DNA from: Pseudomonadota bacterium
Lineage (GTDB): Bacteria > Pseudomonadota > Alphaproteobacteria > UBA2136 > JASBTF01
Assembly: GCA_030148545.1 (NCBI GenBank)
Contig: JASBTF010000003.1
Span: forward strand, 250-64,249
DNA length: 64,000 nt
Direction: 5' to 3'
Position 1 is the stretch's first letter, and the number at the start of each line of letters is the position of its first letter. The notes beneath the pieces were generated by a model, which did not search any database, was not told where the DNA came from, and saw only the letters and a list, made by a program, of their open reading frames with translations. Below, piece after piece: positions 1 to 7,211 of this stretch. The translations under genes and the position numbers were made by a program.

Positions 1-1407
1 GAGCTGATGGAGAAATACCTGGAAGAGGGTGATCTCTCCAACGACGATATCAAGGCGGGTCTGCGTCAGCAGGTTCTGGCCAACGAAATCGTTCTGGCTC
101 TGAACGGCTCTGCGTTCAAGAACAAGGGTGTTCAGGCGCTGCTGGATGCGGTGATTGAATTCCTGCCGGCTCCGGATGAAGTAAAAGCCATCCAGGGTGT
201 TCTGGATGATGGCGAGACCGTTGAGTCCCGTGAATCTTCTGACGATGCGCCGTTCTCTGCGCTGGCGTTCAAGATCGCTACTGACCCGTTCGTAGGTTCT
301 CTGACCTTTATTCGTGTGTACTCCGGTGTTCTGAACTCCGGTGACAGCGTGATGAACTCTGTGCGTCAGAAGAAAGAGCGTGTGGGTCGTCTGCTGCAGA
401 TGCACGCCAACTCCCGTGAAGAAATCAAGGAAGTTCGCGCTGGTGACATCGCTGCCTGTGTTGGTCTGAAGGACATCACCACTGGTGACACCCTGTGTGA
501 CCTGAACAGCGTGATCGTGCTGGAGCGTATGGAATTCCCGGATCCGGTAATCTCCGTTGCCGTTGAGCCGAAGTCCAAGGCTGACCAGGAAAAGATGGGT
601 CTGGCGCTGGGCCGTCTGGCTCAGGAAGATCCCTCCTTCCGTGTGAAGACCGACGAAGAATCCGGGCAGACCATCATCTCCGGTATGGGTGAGCTGCACC
701 TGGACATCATCGTTGACCGCATGAAGCGTGAGTTCAAGGTGGAATGTAACGTGGGTGCGCCGCAGGTGGCCTACCGTGAAACCTTCACCAAGGGCGCCGA
801 CGTTGACGGCAAATTCGTCAAGCAGTCTGGTGGTCGTGGTCAGTACGGTCACGTCAAGGTTCGCTTCGAGCCTATCGACCGTGATGAAGAGTTCCAGTTC
901 GCTGAAGAAATTCACGGTGGTACCGTTCCGAAGGAATACTTCGGTGCCGTACAGAAGGGTATCGATGAGCAGCTCAAGGCCGGTGTTCTGGCGGGCTACC
1001 CGATCCTGGGCGTGAAAGCGACCCTGTACGATGGTTCCTACCATGAGGTGGATTCCAACGAAAACGCCTTCCGTATGGCGGGTGCTCTGGCTGTTAAGAA
1101 TGCAGCCAAGGAAGCCGGTGCGGTACTGCTCGAGCCGATCATGAAGGTGGAAGCGGTAACTCCGGAAGACTACATGGGTGACGTGATGGGCGACCTGAAC
1201 CGTCGTCGCGGTATGGTACAGGGCATGGAAGACACCATGGCCGGTAAAGTGATCCGCGCTGAGGTTCCGCTCTCCGAGATGTTCGGTTACGCTACTGACC
1301 TGCGTTCCATGTCTCAGGGTCGTGCCAGCTACTCCATGGAGTTCCTGAAGTACTCTGAAGCACCGAAGAACATCGCTGAAGAAGTTATCAGCGGCAAGAA
1401 ATCTTAA
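1..1407 (+). CDS. fusA: Elongation factor G, 5'-truncated by the window edge
   Basis: Frame is open from position 1. EF-G motifs [26 protein letters not shown] and [11 protein letters not shown] are present, and tuf follows directly. Confidence 0.98.
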   Translation, partial: ELMEKYLEEGDLSNDDIKAGLRQQVLANEIVLALNGSAFKNKGVQALLDAVIEFLPAPDEVKAIQGVLDDGETVESRESSDDAPFSALAFKIATDPFVGSLTFIRVYSGVLNSGDSVMNSVRQKKERVGRLLQMHANSREEIKEVRAGDIAACVGLKDITTGDTLCDLNSVIVLERMEFPDPVISVAVEPKSKADQEKMGLALGRLAQEDPSFRVKTDEESGQTIISGMGELHLDIIVDRMKREFKVECNVGAPQVAYRETFTKGADVDGKFVKQSGGRGQYGHVKVRFEPIDRDEEFQFAEEIHGGTVPKEYFGAVQKGIDEQLKAGVLAGYPILGVKATLYDGSYHEVDSNENAFRMAGALAVKNAAKEAGAVLLEPIMKVEAVTPEDYMGDVMGDLNRRRGMVQGMEDTMAGKVIRAEVPLSEMFGYATDLRSMSQGRASYSMEFLKYSEAPKNIAEEVISGKKS

Positions 1408-1439
1408 ATTTACGGTTAATTTGTTAAGGGTATAGAGCC

Positions 1440-2630
1440 GTGGCAAAGGAAAAGTTTGAACGTAATAAACCGCACGTAAACGTAGGCACCATCGGTCACG
1501 TTGACCATGGTAAAACTACTCTGACCGCTGCGCTGACTCGCGTATGTGCGGAAGTATGGGGCGGTTCTGCCGTTGCCTTCGACGGTATCGACAATGCTCC
1601 GGAAGAGCGTGAGCGTGGTATCACCATCGCTACCTCCCACGTAGAGTACGATTCCCCGACTCGTCACTACGCACACGTAGACTGCCCCGGGCACGCTGAT
1701 TATGTGAAAAACATGATCACCGGTGCTGCCCAGATGGACGGCGCGATCCTGGTATGTTCCGCAGCTGATGGCCCGATGCCGCAGACTCGTGAGCACATCC
1801 TGCTGTCCCGTCAGGTTGGCGTACCTTACATCGTTGTGTTCCTGAACAAAGCGGACATGGTTGACGATGAAGAGCTGCTCGAGCTGGTAGAGATGGAAAT
1901 TCGTGAGCTGCTGAGCGACTACGATTTCCCGGGCGACGACACTCCGATCATCAAGGGTTCTGCCCTGAAAGCTCTGGAAGGCGACACCAGCGACATCGGT
2001 ATGCCTGCCGTACAGAAGCTGGTAGAGACTCTGGACGAGTACATCCCGGAGCCGGAGCGTGCCGTAGATCAGCCGTTCCTGATGCCGATCGAAGACGTAT
2101 TCTCCATCTCTGGTCGCGGTACTGTAGTAACCGGCCGTGTAGAGCGTGGCATCATCAAGGTGGGCGAGGAAATCGAGATCGTGGGTATCCACGACACCAC
2201 CAAGACCACCTGTACCGGTGTTGAAATGTTCCGCAAGCTGCTGGACGAAGGCCGCGCTGGTGAGAACGTTGGTGTTCTGCTGCGTGGTACCAAGCGTGAT
2301 GAAGTTGAGCGTGGTCAGGTTCTGGCCAAGCCGGGTTCTATCAAGCCGCACACCAAGTTCGTTGCCGAAGTCTACGTACTGAGCAAGGATGAAGGTGGTC
2401 GTCACACCCCGTTCTTCAACGGTTACCGTCCGCAGTTCTACTTCCGTACCACTGACGTCACCGGTGCTTGCACCCTGCCGGAAGGTACTGAAATGGTAAT
2501 GCCGGGCGACAACGTTCAGATGGACGTTGAGCTGATCGCTCCGATCGCCATGGAAGACGGTCTGCGCTTCGCTATCCGCGAAGGTGGCCGTACCGTTGGT
2601 GCCGGTGTTGTATCCGAGATCACCAAATAA
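1440..2630 (+). CDS. tuf: Elongation factor Tu
   Basis: GTG start; motifs [27 protein letters not shown] and [10 protein letters not shown]. Confidence 0.99.
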   Translation: MAKEKFERNKPHVNVGTIGHVDHGKTTLTAALTRVCAEVWGGSAVAFDGIDNAPEERERGITIATSHVEYDSPTRHYAHVDCPGHADYVKNMITGAAQMDGAILVCSAADGPMPQTREHILLSRQVGVPYIVVFLNKADMVDDEELLELVEMEIRELLSDYDFPGDDTPIIKGSALKALEGDTSDIGMPAVQKLVETLDEYIPEPERAVDQPFLMPIEDVFSISGRGTVVTGRVERGIIKVGEEIEIVGIHDTTKTTCTGVEMFRKLLDEGRAGENVGVLLRGTKRDEVERGQVLAKPGSIKPHTKFVAEVYVLSKDEGGRHTPFFNGYRPQFYFRTTDVTGACTLPEGTEMVMPGDNVQMDVELIAPIAMEDGLRFAIREGGRTVGAGVVSEITK

Positions 2631-2647
2631 GGACTGACCGGTCCGAT

Positions 2648-2673
2648 AAAACCGCCCTTCGGGGCGGTTTTTT
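2648..2673 (+). terminator. Rho-independent terminator-like hairpin
   Basis: AAAACCGCCC-TTCG-GGGCGGTTTTTT. Confidence 0.8.
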
Positions 2674-2676
2674 AGT

Positions 2677-2765
2677 ATGCTCTTACCTTGGCAAAGCCAA
2701 GGCACGGCACCAGGAAGTATCCTGGACCTCCGCCAACCAAGTCGCGCTGCGACCTTGGGATGGCG
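2677..2765 (+). repeat. ~90-nt three-hairpin interspersed repeat, copy A
   Basis: Reverse complement of the elements at 6778-6867 and 16599-16688; core GGCACCAGGAAGTATCCTGGACCTCCGCCAACCAA...TTGGGATGGCG. Confidence 0.9.
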
Positions 2766-2863
2766 GTATATTCAAATTACCCTTGCCAATTCGTATACAT
2801 ATTGATATACAAGAGCCAATCTCATTAATTTGCCGTTTATGGTATTAGTTTCCAGGAGGGGCT

Positions 2864-4036
2864 ATGGAAATTTTCAACTTCATTGGCGCTTTCTTTGCGC
2901 CATTGGCTGACTTTGTTGGTTATATTCTCACTGCTTTAGGTGCTGGAAGTTTGTGGCTATTTACCAAGCTTTCTGCACCATTATTGGTATTACGTGTTGC
3001 TTTTCAAAACTTGACTGGCCAGTCGGTAAGGTTACTGGCTAAGCGACATATTGCTAAGGTTTCTCAGCTTCGCATTTATACACTCCATGATTTGAGTGGT
3101 GATTTTAAGAATGCTAAAGATAACGCTGATGAAGCTGCATTTCGGCATTGCCGTAAAGCTGAACCTCGGCAAGAGAAACAACAATCCCTTAACGATGTTT
3201 ATGCGCTGTTGATAACGTTAGCATTTGAATTAGCGTCTGAAGATCGAGAAACACGCCGTTTGTATAAACGTTTGCTAGACCAATGTGACCGTGCTTATGC
3301 TTCGATGGAAAAGTTGCTTAACCGCTATGTGCAATATGCTGCTGAGTGGGACGCACAAGAACGTGTAGCAAATAAGGTACTTTGGCGTATCAAAGCGTTA
3401 GGCTGGCGTAGTTGGGTACCTTTGACTGCTGAATCAAAAAAGCGTAGCGAACTGCAGCGTGAATATCGTGTAAAATTAAAGCAGCTGTTTCAACAGCGTA
3501 AAGCCAATCTGAAGCGGCTAAACCGCCGCTTCCGTTACATTCAAAAGATTGTGAAACACTTAGAAAAGCAGATTGGTGAGTTCTTACCAATTTATGAAAC
3601 TTTGTGGAAATCACTTAAGCTGTCAGTGCAAACAGGTCGTATTTTGCGTATGCTTTGTGCACCAAATGAGCGTGCTCGTGATATTCGGCGGCGTTATTAT
3701 CTGGATAACCTTCCGGAGTTACCTGTTGCTTCACAGCATGGCGATATTGACATGCAGCATGGGCAGCTTGATCAATGGCTGCGTGATAACCTGTCGTTTA
3801 AAACGACAGATCAGGCTTTGGTTCGAGAACTTAAGTATATGCTGTGGAATACTCTTGGTCCCCATGCAGATCTTGAGGAAAAATTCGAGCGTTGGTTGCG
3901 CATTCACTGTGCGATTTATGAGCCTGAAAATATTACGCGAGCGTGGGTATTGCAGTTGCCACTGTCTAACAGTGAGCAAATTGCAGTGACTTCACTGCAA
4001 AGTAGGCAGCAGCTGATTGACGCTAAACGCCTGTAA
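2864..4036 (+). CDS. Hypothetical protein with hydrophobic N-terminus and basic, coiled-coil-like central region
   Basis: 390-aa ORF with a strong AGGAGG RBS and its own terminator; no family recognised. Confidence 0.75.
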   Translation: MEIFNFIGAFFAPLADFVGYILTALGAGSLWLFTKLSAPLLVLRVAFQNLTGQSVRLLAKRHIAKVSQLRIYTLHDLSGDFKNAKDNADEAAFRHCRKAEPRQEKQQSLNDVYALLITLAFELASEDRETRRLYKRLLDQCDRAYASMEKLLNRYVQYAAEWDAQERVANKVLWRIKALGWRSWVPLTAESKKRSELQREYRVKLKQLFQQRKANLKRLNRRFRYIQKIVKHLEKQIGEFLPIYETLWKSLKLSVQTGRILRMLCAPNERARDIRRRYYLDNLPELPVASQHGDIDMQHGQLDQWLRDNLSFKTTDQALVRELKYMLWNTLGPHADLEEKFERWLRIHCAIYEPENITRAWVLQLPLSNSEQIAVTSLQSRQQLIDAKRL

Positions 4037-4043
4037 AATACTT

Positions 4044-4077
4044 AAAAGGCCCGTTCCATTGGAACGGGCCTTTTTTT
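4044..4077. terminator. Bidirectional terminator hairpin
   Basis: AAAAGGCCCGTTCC-ATT-GGAACGGGCCTTTTTTT. Confidence 0.85.
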
Positions 4078-4324
4078 ATGCGGTATTGAAGTGAATATAG
4101 CGGCGCTTGCGCAGGCCGCCGCTTTTGCCACACTTGCCGGTGCGGTGAGTGCGCAAGGTTTTCTGCTTGCTGCGGCTAGACGCATACCAACGATAGGGAA
4201 TGGTAGAGCCAATGCAGTCAAGCCAGCCATTAGCAAGGGGCGTATGTTCGCGATGACCGTTACAACGGGCAACGGCAGAACGCCAGCTAACAGGGCCTTT
4301 GTGGTGAGGACGGTTCTTGGCCAT
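4076..4324 (-). CDS. Putative small basic protein (82 aa)
   Basis: AGGAG RBS 7 nt before ATG; ends at the terminator; no homology recognised. Confidence 0.35.
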   Translation of the reverse strand: MAKNRPHHKGPVSWRSAVARCNGHREHTPLANGWLDCIGSTIPYRWYASSRSKQKTLRTHRTGKCGKSGGLRKRRYIHFNTA

Positions 4325-4479
4325 GGGAATGCTCCTGAAGACAGGTAGCGATGGTGCTACCTATTCGTTCAATAGCACGGCCATGCAGGCAGTAGGGTTT
4401 GGGCATGAAGGCCTCCAAAAGCTATGTAATAAATTTTTTGTATACTAATTGCGTTGTGGGGTCAATGAATAAGTGAGGG

Positions 4480-4549
4480 GCTCCTAGGGGGATCGCAGCC
4501 CGTTAGGGCTGGCACCCCTAGGAGCTAGCGGCGGCTTTGCTGACCGCAA
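4480..4549. repeat. Palindromic element downstream of tRNA-Trp
   Basis: Outer stem GCTCCTAGGGG...CCCCTAGGAGC, inner stem CAGCCC/GGGCTG, then a GCGGCTTTGCTGAC hairpin resembling the one in the 90-nt repeat. Confidence 0.6.
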
Positions 4550-4564
4550 TGCGAATCTAAATAA

Positions 4565-4640
4565 TGGCAGGGGTGAAAGGATTCGAACCCTCGACACCTG
4601 GTTTTGGAGACCAGTGCTCTACCAGCTGAGCTACACCCCT
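4565..4640 (-). tRNA. tRNA-Trp(CCA)
   Basis: Cloverleaf with anticodon arm CTGGT-CT-CCA-AA-ACCAG, GGTTCGAATCC T-arm and encoded CCA end. Confidence 0.97.
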
Positions 4641-4724
4641 ACGTCGGATGGATTATGTACCGAGTTTTGGCCAGAAAAGCAATTTTTAATTTACCTTATC
4701 GGGTGGTTTACCTACACTGCGGCC

Positions 4725-6143
4725 ATGGTTACCCACGTTAAGCTTTACAATACGCTACATCGCGAGAAAGAAATTTTTACACCACGTACTGATGGTGAGG
4801 TGCAAGTTTACACCTGTGGGCCTACTGTGTACCACGATGCGCATATTGGGAATATGCGCGCATTTATGACTGCAGATATTCTTAAAAAAACGTTGAAGCT
4901 AGCGGGTTACACGGTTCACCATGTGATGAATATTACCGATGTTGGTCACTTAACCGATGATGGTGATGCCGGTGAAGATAAAATGTTGGTGGCGATGCGT
5001 CGTGAAGGCAAAACCGCAGCTGAAATTGCAGAATTTTACACCGAGCGTTTTGTTACTGATGCTGAAGTATTAAATATTGATTTGCCGCAAGGGAAGGACA
5101 TGCCCCGTGCGACGGCGTATATTCCGCAACAGATTGAGATGGTGCAACAGCTGGAAGCTAAAGGTTATACTTACCAAACAAGCGATGGCGTGTATTTTGA
5201 TACCTCTAAGCTGAAAGATTACGGCAAGCTGGCCAAATTAGATTTGGAGAACTTAAACGCTGGTGAACGTGTATCGATAGGGGAGAAGCGTAACCCAACC
5301 GATTTTGCGCTTTGGAAGTTAAGCCCAACCAATGCTAAGCGTGATATGGAATGGGATAGCCCGTGGGGTAAGGGTTTTCCTGGCTGGCATATTGAGTGTT
5401 CTGCCATGAGCCGTGCCATTTTTGGTGATGTGTTTGATATTCATACCGGTGGAATTGACCATATTCCTGTGCATCATACTAATGAGATTGCTCAGTCAGA
5501 GGTCGCTTGTGGCTGCGAAAAACACGTCAACTATTGGCTACATAACGAATTTGTGGTGCTAGGGCAGGGCGCTAAAATGAGTAAATCTAGCGGTAACTTC
5601 CTTACCGTGGCAGGCTTGCAGGAGAAAGGTTTTCACCCGTTAGCGCTACGTTATTTATATTTGCAAACCCATTACCGCAAGAGCGTTAAATTTGATTGGG
5701 ATATTTTGGCGGATGCTCAAACAGCGCTCAAGCGCTTATGGCAACGTTCCGCAGGTGTTGATTTCAATACACGTAACCAAACAGCTCAGTTGAGCGAAGT
5801 TATTCAAATAGCGTTGTGTGATGACCTTAATACAGCTGAAGCGCTAGCCAAGCTGTGGGATGGTTTAAAACAACTAGAGGGCGCAGAGCTTGCTACTATG
5901 CTGTGGCAGGCGGAAGAGGTGTTATCACTCGGGTTGGCCAATGCACAGCAAATGCTGGATGAGTTGGCTAAGCTCACTGCTGTGGATGACGTGTCAGCTG
6001 AGTTACAAGAACTGTTGGCACAGCGCCAGCAAGCGCGTGCTGCTAAGGATTTTGCACAGGCAGATGCATTGCGTGATAAAATTTTAGCGGCTGGCTATAA
6101 GGTAGTCGATACTGCTGACGGCGCTAAATTAGAACGTATTTAA
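4725..6143 (+). CDS. cysS: Cysteine--tRNA ligase
   Basis: Motifs CGPTVY, HIGN, PGWHIECSAM and KMSKS. Start moved to ATG 4725 because the longer ORF overlaps the tRNA. Confidence 0.97.
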   Translation: MVTHVKLYNTLHREKEIFTPRTDGEVQVYTCGPTVYHDAHIGNMRAFMTADILKKTLKLAGYTVHHVMNITDVGHLTDDGDAGEDKMLVAMRREGKTAAEIAEFYTERFVTDAEVLNIDLPQGKDMPRATAYIPQQIEMVQQLEAKGYTYQTSDGVYFDTSKLKDYGKLAKLDLENLNAGERVSIGEKRNPTDFALWKLSPTNAKRDMEWDSPWGKGFPGWHIECSAMSRAIFGDVFDIHTGGIDHIPVHHTNEIAQSEVACGCEKHVNYWLHNEFVVLGQGAKMSKSSGNFLTVAGLQEKGFHPLALRYLYLQTHYRKSVKFDWDILADAQTALKRLWQRSAGVDFNTRNQTAQLSEVIQIALCDDLNTAEALAKLWDGLKQLEGAELATMLWQAEEVLSLGLANAQQMLDELAKLTAVDDVSAELQELLAQRQQARAAKDFAQADALRDKILAAGYKVVDTADGAKLERI

Positions 6144-6158
6144 ATAAGGAAAAGAAAA

Positions 6159-6413
6159 ATGGCGAATGTTGTGATTTATAGTAAGGATTATTGCCCGTAT
6201 TGCGTGCGTGCTAAGCAGCTGATGGAAACGCTAGGGCAGGATTATAACGAGATTGATTTAGGCAAAAACCCTGAGCTGGTGATGGAGGTTGTACAGAAAT
6301 CTGGCGGGATGCGCACCGTGCCACAAGTGTTTATTGACGATAAACACATTGGCGGTTATGACGACCTAGCTGCATTACATGAAAAGGGTGAGTTAGAGCC
6401 GTTGCTTAAATAG
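6159..6413 (+). CDS. grxC: Glutaredoxin 3
   Basis: Motifs CPYC, TVPQVFI and GGYDDL. Confidence 0.95.
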   Translation: MANVVIYSKDYCPYCVRAKQLMETLGQDYNEIDLGKNPELVMEVVQKSGGMRTVPQVFIDDKHIGGYDDLAALHEKGELEPLLK

Positions 6414-6508
6414 TTTGCCATTGCGCACAATTTTAGGTAAACAGAGTGCCTCGGCATTGGGCCGGGGAAAACATGAACCAGATACTTCTTAGAAGGTGGT
6501 GATAACGC

Positions 6509-6709
6509 ATGATCAAGGTAGATGTCCGCGATAATGATGTGGAACAGGCGATTAAGCGACTCAAAAAAGTTTTGAATCGTGAAGGCGTGTTTCGCAAAAT
6601 GCGTGAGAAAGAGTTCTTCGAGAAGCCGTTTGAAGCGCGCAACCGTATGCGCCGCGAGGCTGTTCGTCGCTCTCGTAAGTCTGAGCGTGAACGTCGTTCA
6701 CAGCTGTAA
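6509..6709 (+). CDS. rpsU: 30S ribosomal protein S21
   Basis: VRDNDVEQAIKRLKK...REG...FEKP, alphaproteobacterial-style S21. Confidence 0.95.
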   Translation: MIKVDVRDNDVEQAIKRLKKVLNREGVFRKMREKEFFEKPFEARNRMRREAVRRSRKSERERRSQL

Positions 6710-6723
6710 GCCTTTACAAGCGT

Positions 6724-6753
6724 TTAAAAATCCCGCGTTTGCGGGATTTTTAA
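6724..6753. terminator. Bidirectional terminator between rpsU and the rbcS-like gene
   Basis: TTAAAAATCCCGC-GTTT-GCGGGATTTTTAA. Confidence 0.85.
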
Positions 6754-6777
6754 TATCGATATAGTAGTGGTTAAAAT

Positions 6778-6867
6778 CGCCATCCCAAGCTCGCTGTGCG
6801 AGTTGGTTGGCGGAGGTCCAGGAAACTTCCTGGTGCCAACCAGCGGCTTTGCCGACTGGTTGAGCAT
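6778..6867 (-). repeat. ~90-nt three-hairpin interspersed repeat, copy B
   Basis: Near-identical to 16599-16688; begins 7 nt after the rbcS-like stop codon. Confidence 0.9.
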
Positions 6868-6874
6868 ATATCAA

Positions 6875-7189
6875 TTATGCTGCAGTTTGCGGTGCTTTAA
6901 CCACAAAGCTGGTGGCATATTGCTGATTAGCGCGGTCGAACGCACATAGGCGAATATGCGCAAAGGGGAAGCGCTTGGCACAGGTATCAATTTGGCTCAT
7001 CACCCAGTGCGTGGTTAGTTTGGCTTGGCGCGGTAGTGGCCATAATTTCCAATAAACTTCATCTGGTGCTGGGTTTTCAGCAAACTCAATTAGTGGCAAT
7101 AGGTCATGTTCCAACATATTTTCTACCTGAGACTCAATTTGCCCAGGAGAGAGTGGTGGTAGGAATGAGAAAGTTTCAAAGCGTGACAT
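6875..7189 (-). CDS. RuBisCO small-subunit (RbcS/CbbS)-like protein
   Basis: RbcS signatures FETFSFLPPLS, IEF, YWKLWPLP, FPFAHIRLCAFD and SFVV; AAGGA RBS; 22 nt downstream of the RbcL-like gene. Confidence 0.9.
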   Translation of the reverse strand: MSRFETFSFLPPLSPGQIESQVENMLEHDLLPLIEFAENPAPDEVYWKLWPLPRQAKLTTHWVMSQIDTCAKRFPFAHIRLCAFDRANQQYATSFVVKAPQTAA

Positions 7190-7211
7190 AATAATTAATC
7201 CTTATTAAACC

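Noticed and set aside
1416-2705. 429-aa minus-strand ORF
   Set aside because: Antisense shadow of tuf produced by strong codon bias.
4614-4724. N-terminal extension of CysRS in the ORF track
   Set aside because: It overlaps tRNA-Trp and its promoter region; recognisable CysRS sequence begins at ATG 4725.
6767-6949. Similar short ORFs here and at 16537-16755 (AIPSS..ELVGGGPG.FLVP)
   Set aside because: The similarity comes from translating the DNA repeat, whose substitutions conserve base pairing rather than amino acids.
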